Part shown: positions 1 through 8,292 of the stretch, in pieces
Numbering within the stretch: the stretch's first letter is position 1
Layout: every line of letters starts with the position of its first letter
Source: Candidatus Nanosyncoccus sp.
GTDB lineage: Bacteria; Patescibacteriota; Saccharimonadia; Saccharimonadales; Saccharimonadaceae
Length of the DNA stretch: 64,000 bases
Direction: 5' to 3'
Assembly: GCA_045636645.1 (NCBI GenBank)
Contig: JAZTXX010000018.1
Location: 2,896-66,895, forward strand
The notes under the pieces: generated by a model
Database searches by the model: none
What the model saw: only the letters and a program-made list of their open reading frames with translations
Told to the model about the DNA's origin: nothing
Made by a program: the position numbers and the translations under genes

Positions 1-1209
1 AAGTACGCCGCGAAAGATCCTCTATCGGGCGAAATTGGCAAAACAATCATCTTTACAGTAAGCCAGAAGCATGCCGAAAAAATCGTCCAAATGCTCAATC
101 AGATAGCAATGGAGCAGTTCCCAGGCAAGTATAATTCCGATTTTGCGATTCAGATTACCAGTAACGTGCGCGACGCGCAACAGTTTTCAATTAATTTCTC
201 CGAAAATAATCTAAGAGGACATACTAGATGGTTGCCAGATTACGAAAGTAGTCGCGCAAGAGTTGCTGTCACCGTTGGCATGATGACAACTGGCTATGAC
301 TGCTCAGACCTACTTAACCTTGTGTTTATGAGGCCAGTATTTAGTCCTTCAGACTTTATTCAGATGAAAGGCCGAGGTACACGCCTTCATACCTTTAAAT
401 ACGTGGACTACGAAAATGGCGAAAAGGTTACCGAGATTAAGAAGGAAAACTTCAGGATTATCGACTTCTTTGCTGTATGTGAATATTTTGAAGAAAAATA
501 TGATTACGATGCTCCATTAGTAGTGCCGGCAAATAAATCCCAAAATATAACGATTACACCGCCAACTGCCGGTGTAGATACCTTCCCTCCAGAAGTGGTT
601 GTAGTAAGAGGAGTAGAGTTAGGTGAAGATGATGAGTTGCAGAACCTTGACCAAACGGTCGTAGGAAAAGAGGGGATGCGCGTAGATCGCGAAATGTTCC
701 GTAGCTTCCAGGATGAAGTCAAATCCAATGAAGAGTTTGTTAAACTCTACAACGATGGCAATATTGACGAAGCCCTTAGTTACCTTAAGACGGAAATACT
801 TGGCGAAGATAAGCCTAAATTCTATATGACTCCAGAGAAGATTCGCAAAATCTTTAACCTTGACCGCAGGCTAGATCTTCGCGAGATTCTTGATCTCATC
901 ATGAACAATAAGGAACCTTTAACAAAAGCCCAATACATCCAACAGAAATTCGATGAATTTGTCTCAGATAAGAATCTAAGCGAAGAGCTGGTTGGCGAGT
1001 CTTATAATGATGCGTTCGAATTATTTGACGCATATATCACCAATAGAAAAGTTGCTGAAGCGATAGATAATAAAGACTTTAGCCTTCTCGCTGGTTTTGG
1101 CTCTGTCACTATTGAACAGCTGAAGAGACTTGGAGTCGATAGAATGAATCAAATTGTCGGATATATCAGAGATTACATTAATGTAGAAAAACTAAGAGTA
1201 AAGGATTAA
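1..1209 (+). CDS. hsdR: Type I restriction enzyme R subunit, C-terminal part (5' end outside window)
   Basis: The frame is open from nt 1 (KYAAKDPLSGEIGKTIIFTVSQKHAEKIVQM..), so the Met at 91 is internal. Helicase C-terminal motifs are present (MTTGYDCSDL; QMKGRGTRL). hsdM/hsdS follow after 3 nt. Confidence 0.8.
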   Translation, partial: KYAAKDPLSGEIGKTIIFTVSQKHAEKIVQMLNQIAMEQFPGKYNSDFAIQITSNVRDAQQFSINFSENNLRGHTRWLPDYESSRARVAVTVGMMTTGYDCSDLLNLVFMRPVFSPSDFIQMKGRGTRLHTFKYVDYENGEKVTEIKKENFRIIDFFAVCEYFEEKYDYDAPLVVPANKSQNITITPPTAGVDTFPPEVVVVRGVELGEDDELQNLDQTVVGKEGMRVDREMFRSFQDEVKSNEEFVKLYNDGNIDEALSYLKTEILGEDKPKFYMTPEKIRKIFNLDRRLDLREILDLIMNNKEPLTKAQYIQQKFDEFVSDKNLSEELVGESYNDAFELFDAYITNRKVAEAIDNKDFSLLAGFGSVTIEQLKRLGVDRMNQIVGYIRDYINVEKLRVKD

Positions 1210-1212
1210 TAA

Positions 1213-2661
1213 ATGGACTACACCCACTTCAAACAAATCATAGATAACTCCCGGGATATCCTCATGGGCAAATTGCCTAGCCCAATCGCTCAGGTAGATG
1301 CAATCTCCTATGCTTTAATCTATAAGTTTATGTCTGATACGGACGATGACTCTGCGGCCCTAGGCGGTAAGCGCACTTACTTCTCTGGCGAATATGAAAA
1401 ATATAGCTGGCATAATTTAATGAGTCCAACTATCACCGGCGCAGATCGCGTAATTCTTTACCGCAACGCTCTTGAGAATATGAGCCGAAATCCAAACATC
1501 CCTCCTCTATTCCGTGAGATTTTTAATGGCGCAACGCTCGGCTTTACAGATTCAAATACGCTTAATCTATTCCTTCGCGAAATCGATAAGATTAAACAGA
1601 GCTCTGGCGACTCCATTGGTGATGCTTACGAATACCTGCTTTCCACTATGGGCTCTCAGGGTAAACTTGGCCAATTCCGTACGCCTCGCCACATCATTAA
1701 TATGATGGTCGAGCTTATTAATCCAGATAAATCTGATAAGATCCTGGATCCGGCTTGTGGTACTGCAGGCTTCCTAATTTCTGCCTACAACTGGATTAAG
1801 AAGAAACACATCGAAAAAGAACGTTTAAATAGTGAAGATATCGAAAAGATTCATCGTAACTTCTACGGCTTCGATATCGAGCCTAATATGACTCGCATTG
1901 CGCGTGTAAACTTGTTCTTGCACGGTTTTAAATCTCCTCACATTATTGAGCACGATACCCTTAGCTCAGAAGACTACTGGGATGATAGGTACGACGTTAT
2001 TATTGCCAATCCTCCATTCATGACTCCAAAAGGCGGTATTACTCCACATAAAAAGTTTGGCATTACATCTAACCGTGCTGAGCTTCTCTTCGTTGACTAT
2101 ATTGCCTCACATCTAAAGCCAAATGGTCGTGCAGCGGTTATTGTTCCGGATGGCGTCTTGTTTGGAAGTAGCACAGCGCATAAATCACTCCGAAAAGAGA
2201 TAGTCGAGAACAAGAAGCTTCAAGCTGTCATTTCGATGCCTTCAGGTGTATTTAAGCCATATGCTGGCGTCTCTACAGCGATTTTAGTATTCACTAACTC
2301 AAATAGCGAAAGAACTGACAAAGTTTGGTTCTACGACATGAAAACGGACGGGTACAGCCTGGACGATAAACGTTCAAAGCTTAAAACAAGTGACATTCCT
2401 GATATTCTTGCAAGATTCAGAAATCTAGATGGCGAAAAAGACCGCACGCGTAGCGAACAATCATTCTTTGTAGATAAAGAAGAGATCGTTAAAAACGGCT
2501 ACGATCTAACGATTAATAAATACAAGGAAGTAGAATGCGAAAAAGTCGAATATCCGCCAACTTCTGAAATCATTGCTGAGATTAAGAAGCTAGATAAAGA
2601 AGCTTCCGAAAGTCTGGCCGAACTCGAAAAATTATTAAACGAAACAAATCCGGATTTGTAG
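1213..2661 (+). CDS. hsdM: Type I R-M N6-adenine DNA methyltransferase subunit
   Basis: Carries FRTPRHI, motif I DPACGTAGFL and motif IV IIANPPFMTPKGG. The gene is tightly packed between hsdR and hsdS. Confidence 0.9.
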   Translation: MDYTHFKQIIDNSRDILMGKLPSPIAQVDAISYALIYKFMSDTDDDSAALGGKRTYFSGEYEKYSWHNLMSPTITGADRVILYRNALENMSRNPNIPPLFREIFNGATLGFTDSNTLNLFLREIDKIKQSSGDSIGDAYEYLLSTMGSQGKLGQFRTPRHIINMMVELINPDKSDKILDPACGTAGFLISAYNWIKKKHIEKERLNSEDIEKIHRNFYGFDIEPNMTRIARVNLFLHGFKSPHIIEHDTLSSEDYWDDRYDVIIANPPFMTPKGGITPHKKFGITSNRAELLFVDYIASHLKPNGRAAVIVPDGVLFGSSTAHKSLRKEIVENKKLQAVISMPSGVFKPYAGVSTAILVFTNSNSERTDKVWFYDMKTDGYSLDDKRSKLKTSDIPDILARFRNLDGEKDRTRSEQSFFVDKEEIVKNGYDLTINKYKEVECEKVEYPPTSEIIAEIKKLDKEASESLAELEKLLNETNPDL

Positions 2662-2662
2662 A
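2644..2662 (+). repeat. 5' shufflon repeat at the hsdM/hsdS junction
   Basis: acaaatccggatttgtaga contains a 16-bp perfect palindrome, acaaatccggatttgt. The same 19 bp occurs in both arms of the 5868-5897 palindrome. Confidence 0.85.
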
Positions 2663-2663
2663 T

Positions 2664-3776
2664 ATGATTACAAAATTAGAAGATTTCTTAGAAGAAGTTA
2701 CCGAAAAGACAACACAGAGTGACCAATACCCAGTTCTTACATCATCAAAAAACGGATTGTTTCTGCAGGATGATTATTTCAATAAACAAGTAGCAAGTAA
2801 GGATAATAAAGGTTACAAAATTATTCGACGCGGCGAATTTACTTATCGTGCAATGAGCGACACAGGAGAATTCTATCCAAACATGCTCGAATGTGCGGAA
2901 ATTGGCATCGTAAGCCCTGCTTATCCGGTATTTAGAATTTCAAATGATATTGTTCTGCCAGATTATTTGAAGTACTATTTTAGATCGAGCAATTTCCAAA
3001 AATCCATCACTTCTTTTGTGCAGGGTAGCACGCGCGCAAGTATGAAGTTTGCCAAAATGAAAACTATTAGCATTGATTTGCCTAGTATAGAAGAGCAGCA
3101 AAAAATAGTTCTAAAGTTAGACCTTGTTAAAAATCAGACAAAGCAAAAAACTGAAGAACTAATGCAGTTAGATAACCTCATCAAAGCCCGATTTGTCGAG
3201 ATGTTTAAAGGAAAATATGACACGTTTAAGGTCGGCGAAAAGCTAAAAACAACTTCTGGTGGTACACCAAAAAGTTCAGTAGGCGAATACTATGATGGCG
3301 GTAACATTCCGTGGCTAACGAGTGGCGAAGTTAATTATGGAGATATTACTAAACCGTCGAATTACATAACAGAAAAAGGATTAAACAATTCGTCAGCGAA
3401 ATGGGTTCCTGAGAATTCGATCGTAATCGCTATGTACGGTGCTACCGCAGGTAAAGTGGGGATTGTGAGATACAGAACAACTACTAACCAGGCAGTTTGT
3501 TCTGTCTTGCCAAATGATGATTTTGATCAGGAGTTTTTACGTTACGCTTTTCAGGATATCAGTGAGGAACTAACTTCTAAAGCGATTGGTGGCGGACAGC
3601 CGAATATCTCTCAGACAATCATAAAGAACAGCTGTATTGTTGATGTGCCGATTGAAGAGCAAAAACGTTTTGCTTCTTTTGCCAAGCAGGTCGACAAATC
3701 AAAATTTGCCGTACAAAAGTCGCTCGAAAAGACTCAACAATTATTCGATAGCTTGATGCAGGAGTATTTTGGCTAA
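2664..3776 (+). CDS. hsdS: Type I R-M specificity subunit (expressed copy)
   Basis: ATG lies 2 nt after the hsdM stop. Two variable halves are separated by the conserved LDNLIKARFVEMF, and the protein ends in the conserved FAKQVDKSKFAVQKSLEKTQQLFDSLMQEYF. Confidence 0.9.
   Translation: MITKLEDFLEEVTEKTTQSDQYPVLTSSKNGLFLQDDYFNKQVASKDNKGYKIIRRGEFTYRAMSDTGEFYPNMLECAEIGIVSPAYPVFRISNDIVLPDYLKYYFRSSNFQKSITSFVQGSTRASMKFAKMKTISIDLPSIEEQQKIVLKLDLVKNQTKQKTEELMQLDNLIKARFVEMFKGKYDTFKVGEKLKTTSGGTPKSSVGEYYDGGNIPWLTSGEVNYGDITKPSNYITEKGLNNSSAKWVPENSIVIAMYGATAGKVGIVRYRTTTNQAVCSVLPNDDFDQEFLRYAFQDISEELTSKAIGGGQPNISQTIIKNSCIVDVPIEEQKRFASFAKQVDKSKFAVQKSLEKTQQLFDSLMQEYFG
3171..3206 (+). repeat. Central shufflon repeat, copy A (hsdS)
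   Basis: gataacctcatcaaagcccgatttgtcgagatgttt. 33 bp are identical to the reverse complement of 5338-5370. Confidence 0.9.
3687..3709 (+). repeat. 3' shufflon repeat, copy A
   Basis: caggtcgacaaatcaaaatttgc is identical to 6937-6959. 20 bp are identical to the reverse complement of 4799-4818. Confidence 0.85.
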
Positions 3777-3782
3777 AAAGTT

Positions 3783-3823
3783 ATTCCTTTTGTTAGTGGA
3801 GGTTCTAATCTAACAAAAGGAGT
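3783..3823 (+). promoter_or_regulatory. Stem-loop whose 3' arm contains the recombinase Shine-Dalgarno
   Basis: ccttttgttag (3786-3796) pairs perfectly with ctaacaaaagg (3810-3820) around a 13-nt loop, and the stem extends to about 14 bp. The SD aaaggag (3816-3822) lies inside the arm, and the ATG is at 3829. Confidence 0.55.
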
Positions 3824-3828
3824 TATTA

Positions 3829-4797
3829 ATGGAAGATACCATTAAATACATTTTGGTGGATATGGATGAATATCTCACCGCAAATCAATCACAAAAACTA
3901 CAACGCGTGCTCGTTTCGCGCCTAACGAAAGAAACGAGATCAATAAATGGCATTTCAAACGACAATTATCTGTCAATGTTTTTGAATGCCAAGAAGATAG
4001 AAGGATGCTCCGAGCGGACTCTATCCTACTATAAAACCACCGTAGAAAAGCTACTAGATGAAATAGATGATCCAATACGCAAAGTGACCACCGATGATAT
4101 ACGTGATTACCTTGCAAACTATCAAGGTCTAAATGATTGTAGTAAAACAACGATCGACAATATTCGTCGCAACATCTCGAGCTTCTTTACCTGGCTCGAG
4201 GAAGAAGACTACATTATCAAAAGCCCAATGCGCAGAATCCATAAAATCAAAACTACAAAAACCGTAAAAGAAATTATCTCAGACGAAGAAATAGAAAAAA
4301 TGCGCGATAGATGTAGTAGTTTGCGCGATTTGGCGATTATTGACCTTCTCTACTCGACCGGAATTAGAATTGGCGAGCTCGTAAGGCTCAATATTGATGA
4401 CATAGACTTCGAGGAACGTGAATGTATCGTTTTCGGCAAAGGCGACAAAGAACGTCGCGTATATTTTGACGCTAAAACTAAAATACACCTGATGGGCTAC
4501 ATAAATAGCCGTTCTGACGCAAATCCTGCCCTTTTCGTGACGCTTGACGCGCCTTACGATAGATTGCAGATATCTGGCGTAGAAATCCGCCTGAGGCACT
4601 TAGGACGCGAATTAGGCATAAATAAAGTTCATCCTCATAAATTCCGCCGTACTATGGCGACTCGCGCAATCGACAAAGGAATGCCAATCGAGCAAGTTCA
4701 GAAATTACTAGGTCATTCACAAATCGATACTACCATGCATTATGCGATTGTGAATCAAACGAATGTAAAAGTTGCACACCGCAAGTTCATTGCTTAG
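3829..4797 (+). CDS. Tyrosine site-specific recombinase (XerC/D-like) embedded in the hsdS locus
   Basis: N-terminal SAM-like core-binding region. The catalytic signature reads YSTGIRIGEL (Arg), HPHKFRRTMAT (H-x-x-R) and LGHSQIDTTMHYA (His/Tyr). Confidence 0.85.
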   Translation: MEDTIKYILVDMDEYLTANQSQKLQRVLVSRLTKETRSINGISNDNYLSMFLNAKKIEGCSERTLSYYKTTVEKLLDEIDDPIRKVTTDDIRDYLANYQGLNDCSKTTIDNIRRNISSFFTWLEEEDYIIKSPMRRIHKIKTTKTVKEIISDEEIEKMRDRCSSLRDLAIIDLLYSTGIRIGELVRLNIDDIDFEERECIVFGKGDKERRVYFDAKTKIHLMGYINSRSDANPALFVTLDAPYDRLQISGVEIRLRHLGRELGINKVHPHKFRRTMATRAIDKGMPIEQVQKLLGHSQIDTTMHYAIVNQTNVKVAHRKFIA

Positions 4798-5865
4798 CGC
4801 AAATTTTGATTTGTCGACTTGTTTATAGAATGCCGAGAATTGTTCTTGTAGTGTGATTGGCGGCAAAGCAACTTTGTATCCATCAAGGAATGACACTGGC
4901 GTTCTTCTTTGCCCAGCACTACCAGTCATGTTTGCTTCGGCATCCTTTCTGAATGATTTAAATGATGTTAATACGTAAATCCAATATGGATTACTTATAC
5001 CATCAATCGGACGTAATACGTGGAACTCGGTTGAACCAAAACCTATCTCATTCTTTAAACCTTTTGCAACTGCGCCCTTGCCATTCTCCATGCAAGGTGT
5101 AATTTTCGCAAATAATACATCGTTTTCCGCGAAATACGTAAAGCCTTTTTTGACTTCTTCGTAAGGCCTAATATCTGTCGGATCGATATCGCCTTTCTCG
5201 GAGACTGACGGCATAGGAATAAAAGAAACCTCTATGTCTGGCTTCAACCTTTTGTCCTTTGCTTTTTTAGGATTCAACTCGCAACATTCACCCAATTCTT
5301 TTACTCCATAGCAAAACGGATCGGCTCCTGGCGTTCCAAACATCTCGACAAATCGGGCTTTGATGAGGTTGTCTAGCTTTGCTAACTCATCTTCTTTTTG
5401 ATGAATTAGTCGTTTAATAGTATTCAAACTCTGAACGATTGATTTTTGATCTTTTTCGTTATGAAGATCCAATTCGTCAGTAAGCCATCTTTTTAAATCA
5501 AGTGTTTTGCCTTGCCGGCTCCCCCTATTTGCATAGATAGAAAACATTCTTTCATTGTTAGCCGCCAATAGGTAATCCAAATAGTCATAGTTCGAAATCT
5601 TAATCTTGTACGTGTGATATGCGGGAGAAACTGAGTATGTTTCGTCATCTCGTAGTATTCCGATGTCGATCTGATTAGAGCCCATACCAACCGTTAAAGT
5701 TCCTTTATGGATTATTTTATTCTTAGAATAGTCCTTTGCTAGTTCTTTTGAGTAAATACTCTCGCGTGTTCTAATTCCATATTTGCCTACAGCTACCGGT
5801 TTGTATTTATTGTCGGTGTTTCTTTCCGAATATTCTTCGATCAAATCGCCCAATTTAACTTTCAT
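4717..5865 (-). CDS. Silent hsdS cassette 1 (inverted relative to hsdS)
   Basis: Full two-TRD HsdS layout with LDNLIKARFVEMFG and FYKQVDKSKFA. HsdS-like sequence stops at the 3' repeat (4799-4821). The ORF tail 4717-4798 is antisense read-through into the recombinase gene. No promoter-like box lies upstream. Confidence 0.75.
   Translation of the reverse strand: MKVKLGDLIEEYSERNTDNKYKPVAVGKYGIRTRESIYSKELAKDYSKNKIIHKGTLTVGMGSNQIDIGILRDDETYSVSPAYHTYKIKISNYDYLDYLLAANNERMFSIYANRGSRQGKTLDLKRWLTDELDLHNEKDQKSIVQSLNTIKRLIHQKEDELAKLDNLIKARFVEMFGTPGADPFCYGVKELGECCELNPKKAKDKRLKPDIEVSFIPMPSVSEKGDIDPTDIRPYEEVKKGFTYFAENDVLFAKITPCMENGKGAVAKGLKNEIGFGSTEFHVLRPIDGISNPYWIYVLTSFKSFRKDAEANMTGSAGQRRTPVSFLDGYKVALPPITLQEQFSAFYKQVDKSKFALSNELAVCNFYIRLIHNRIMHGSIDL
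4799..4821 (-). repeat. 3' shufflon repeat, copy B (inverted)
   Basis: The plus strand reads gcaaattttgatttgtcgacttg, starting 2 nt after the recombinase stop codon (4795-4797). Confidence 0.85.
5335..5373 (-). repeat. Central shufflon repeat, copy B (cassette 1, inverted)
   Basis: The reverse complement reads gacaacctcatcaaagcccgatttgtcgagatgtttgga. It shares a 33-bp perfect match with copy A and a 34-bp perfect match with copy C. Confidence 0.9.
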
Positions 5866-5867
5866 AC

Positions 5868-5897
5868 TACCTCTACAAATCCGGATTTGTAGAGGTA
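5868..5897. repeat. 30-bp perfect palindrome between the two silent hsdS cassettes (two head-to-head 5' repeats)
   Basis: tacctctacaaatcc|ggatttgtagaggta. It lies 2 nt from the cassette-1 start (5865) and 4 nt from the cassette-2 ATG (5902). Confidence 0.9.
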
Positions 5898-5901
5898 TTT
5901 G

Positions 5902-7005
5902 ATGAAGATTAATGAAGTAATAAAATCATTGCCAGCATCAAATGCTGCAGTAAAGAACACTGCTTCTTCTGAACCAAAAAACGGTTGGTTTCCTGCATAT
6001 AGCGCATCCGGACAAGATGTTTGGCTTCCTGAATATCGCTACGACAAGAAAGGGATTGTAGTTAGCGCGGTTGGAGCAAGGTGCGGAAAAGCATTTAAAG
6101 CCGACGGGAAATGGAATATATGCGCCAATACTCATCCATTAATCGTTGAAGAATCGAAAGCGCTTCGTGATTATTGTTGGTACATGATCAATGATGAAAA
6201 TTGGTGGATTAAGGGCGGTACAGCCCAACCGTTTGTAAAGGTTAAAGATTCTTTTAATCGCGAGCATCATTTTCCTACCTTGAAAGAACAAAAAGTAATA
6301 GTCGATCAACTAGACACAGCTCGTCTACTGATAGAGCAGAAAGAATTGCAATTGAAACAACTTGATAGCCTCATCAAAGCCCGATTTGTCGAGATGTTTG
6401 GAGCACCTGGTACCAACCCTAAAGGCTGGAACGAGATTAAGCTAGGCGAGGTCTGCGACCTCCAAAATGGTTATGCGTTCAAATCTAGCGACTATATTGA
6501 TAAATCTAGTGTCTTGAATTGTAGGATGAGTAACATTAGGCCAGACGGAGGTTTTAATGCGGAATACCATCCAAAATATCTTCCTGAAGAATATTGGAAT
6601 AAGTGCTCAGGGTATCGATTATTTGACGGTGACGTAATCATCGCAATGACAGATATGGCTAGCGACCCAAAAATTCTAGGAGTTCCGACAATAGTGTCTA
6701 CGAATGGGAAGAAGTTTCTTTTAAATCAACGTGTTGGAAAACTCTCATTTCTTCATGACGATCGAATAAATAGGGTTTACTTGATGCATTCACTTGGACA
6801 AAAATATGTCAGAAAAGAACTCGCAAAAAGTGCCGCAGGTAGTACACAAATAAATGTTGGGAAACCAGCAATTTTAAACATTGACATTTATGAGCCACCG
6901 AGATTTCTTCAAGACCAATTTGCAACCTTCGTCGCCCAGGTCGACAAATCAAAATTTGCTGTCTACTCCGCATTGAGCTACCTGAGAAAAATTATGAAAA
7001 TATGA
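5902..7005 (+). CDS. Silent hsdS cassette 2 (direct relative to hsdS, head-to-head with cassette 1)
   Basis: Two-TRD HsdS layout with LDSLIKARFVEMFG and VAQVDKSKFAV. It has a non-canonical short tail after the 3' repeat. ATG at 5902 (the track starts at TTG 5899). Confidence 0.75.
   Translation: MKINEVIKSLPASNAAVKNTASSEPKNGWFPAYSASGQDVWLPEYRYDKKGIVVSAVGARCGKAFKADGKWNICANTHPLIVEESKALRDYCWYMINDENWWIKGGTAQPFVKVKDSFNREHHFPTLKEQKVIVDQLDTARLLIEQKELQLKQLDSLIKARFVEMFGAPGTNPKGWNEIKLGEVCDLQNGYAFKSSDYIDKSSVLNCRMSNIRPDGGFNAEYHPKYLPEEYWNKCSGYRLFDGDVIIAMTDMASDPKILGVPTIVSTNGKKFLLNQRVGKLSFLHDDRINRVYLMHSLGQKYVRKELAKSAAGSTQINVGKPAILNIDIYEPPRFLQDQFATFVAQVDKSKFAVYSALSYLRKIMKI
6364..6402 (+). repeat. Central shufflon repeat, copy C (cassette 2)
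   Basis: gatagcctcatcaaagcccgatttgtcgagatgtttgga. Confidence 0.9.
6937..6959 (+). repeat. 3' shufflon repeat, copy C
   Basis: caggtcgacaaatcaaaatttgc. Confidence 0.85.
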
Positions 7006-7011
7006 TATAAT
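7003..7011 (+). promoter_or_regulatory. Extended -10 box (TGATATAAT) upstream of mrr
   Basis: Overlaps the cassette-2 stop codon. A ~57-nt leader with SD ggag lies before ATG 7069. Confidence 0.4.
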
Positions 7012-7068
7012 ATATCTAGTAATTGCGGCTAAATATATTTTTTGCCAGCCGTAGAAATGGAGTGATTT

Positions 7069-7989
7069 ATGGACATATCCAAGATGTCTGCGCAACAACA
7101 AGAAAAGTATTTAGTCGAAAAAATCTTCAAAATCCTTAAGGAGTACGGCCAGCCAATGACGCGTGCCGATCTAAAAGAAGTATTGTCTGATCGTGACGAC
7201 AGTATTGCGGACTACATAAAGTTTGAACGAACTAGCGAGAAAACACAAAATACATATCATCCATTTCTTTTTAAATTTAACTTCGCAATTAAAAATCTTG
7301 CTATCGCTGGCCTAATAACAAGTGAAGGCAAAATTGCTTTAACGGAAAAAGGCATTAATTTAAATGCAGCAGATTTCAATGTGGACAAAGATGTATACGA
7401 CATAAGTAAAACCTATTGGAAAGAAAAGCACAAAGAATATCTTGCAGAAAAAGAGCAGGAAGAAGCTGGAGACGATAGTAAATTAGAGAAGTCAGGCCCA
7501 CAAGAAGTCTATAATGAAAACCTTAAAGCCAAATTACTAGACGCTATTGCTAAGATGTCTCCTGGAAAATTCGAGGCATTCTCGCGCGCACTTCTAAAGA
7601 AAATGGGTGTAGATTTTACCGAAAAAGGCACGAATATTAGCAATGATGGCGGAATCGACGGTTTTGGCTATCATAGAGACTCTAACGATTTTAGAACCAC
7701 TCGCGTAGTCATCCAATGTAAGAGATATAATGCCGGCGATGTTTCTTCTCCGGAAATTGACCGTTTCTTGGGTGCTATGAACAAAAACCAGGCCGATTAC
7801 GGTATTTTTATTACTAATAGTAGATTTACGGTGTCGGCAAGAAAGGCGGCCGTTGAAGGCTCACCCGTAACGCTTATTGACGGTGACGAACTAGTCCGCC
7901 TAATCATCAAATACGAACTATTCCTTGTTCCAGTACAAACCTATGAGCTTACCGATTTTTACAAAAGTGAAGACGAACAGACTCAATAG
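7069..7989 (+). CDS. mrr: Mrr-family (Type IV) restriction endonuclease
   Basis: N-terminal winged-helix-like region. The C-terminal Mrr catalytic core reads SNDGGIDGFGY ... VVIQCKRY (D..(E/Q)xK) followed by ADYGIFITNSRFT. Confidence 0.75.
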   Translation: MDISKMSAQQQEKYLVEKIFKILKEYGQPMTRADLKEVLSDRDDSIADYIKFERTSEKTQNTYHPFLFKFNFAIKNLAIAGLITSEGKIALTEKGINLNAADFNVDKDVYDISKTYWKEKHKEYLAEKEQEEAGDDSKLEKSGPQEVYNENLKAKLLDAIAKMSPGKFEAFSRALLKKMGVDFTEKGTNISNDGGIDGFGYHRDSNDFRTTRVVIQCKRYNAGDVSSPEIDRFLGAMNKNQADYGIFITNSRFTVSARKAAVEGSPVTLIDGDELVRLIIKYELFLVPVQTYELTDFYKSEDEQTQ

Positions 7990-8116
7990 CCTCCTTCATT
8001 CCACATTTTGAGCAAATCTTAGTCTTATTATCCCTACGCGATAGCGCAGGATAGCCGATATAATGAGCATCGCATTTCGGGCATTTGCGACGCTTTTTGA
8101 CGTTCTTTTTATCCAT
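7949..8116 (-). CDS. Unlisted 55-aa zinc-ribbon protein (below the ORF-track cutoff)
   Basis: Hand translation gives MDKKNVKKRRKCPKCDAHYIGYPALSRRDNKTKICSKCGMKEAIESVRLHFCKNR*. It has CxxC-x19-CxxC and an SD (aaggag) 7 nt upstream of the ATG. Its 3' end overlaps the mrr 3' end by 41 nt (convergent). Confidence 0.55.
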   Translation of the reverse strand: MDKKNVKKRRKCPKCDAHYIGYPALSRRDNKTKICSKCGMKEAIESVRLHFCKNR

Positions 8117-8233
8117 ATTCAAATCTCCTTTTCCCCTGCGAGGAAGGATATAACGAGCAAGAGCAACTTACTCTCCCTCCAATCAATTGCGGCTCATCCT
8201 CGCAAGGTGTTTGTATTTAACCTTAATTTGCAA

Positions 8234-8242
8234 ATTATACAA
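8234..8242 (-). promoter_or_regulatory. -10 box (TTGTATAAT) for the zinc-ribbon ORF
   Basis: The plus strand reads attatacaa. It predicts a ~110-nt leader containing a long-range stem: tgcgagga at 8137-8144 pairs with tcctcgca at 8198-8205. Confidence 0.35.
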
Positions 8243-8283
8243 GTTCTTGTTGTATCCTAACACCTTACGACCCCAAGAAGATA

Positions 8284-8292
8284 TGGTATAAT
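8284..8292 (+). promoter_or_regulatory. Extended -10 box (TGGTATAAT) for the 8305 ORF
   Basis: Lies 12 nt before TTG 8305 and is divergent from the 8234-8242 box. Confidence 0.4.

Noticed and set aside
4717-4798. C-terminal 27 codons of silent hsdS cassette 1, overlapping the recombinase gene.
   Set aside because: HsdS-like sequence ends at the 3' repeat (4799-4821). The tail (..SNELAVCNFYIRLIHNRIMHGSIDL) is just the antisense of the recombinase 3' end.
8063-8260. 65-aa plus-strand ORF in the mrr-downstream gap.
   Set aside because: It has no SD. It lies across the start and leader of the better-supported minus-strand zinc-ribbon gene and the divergent promoter region.
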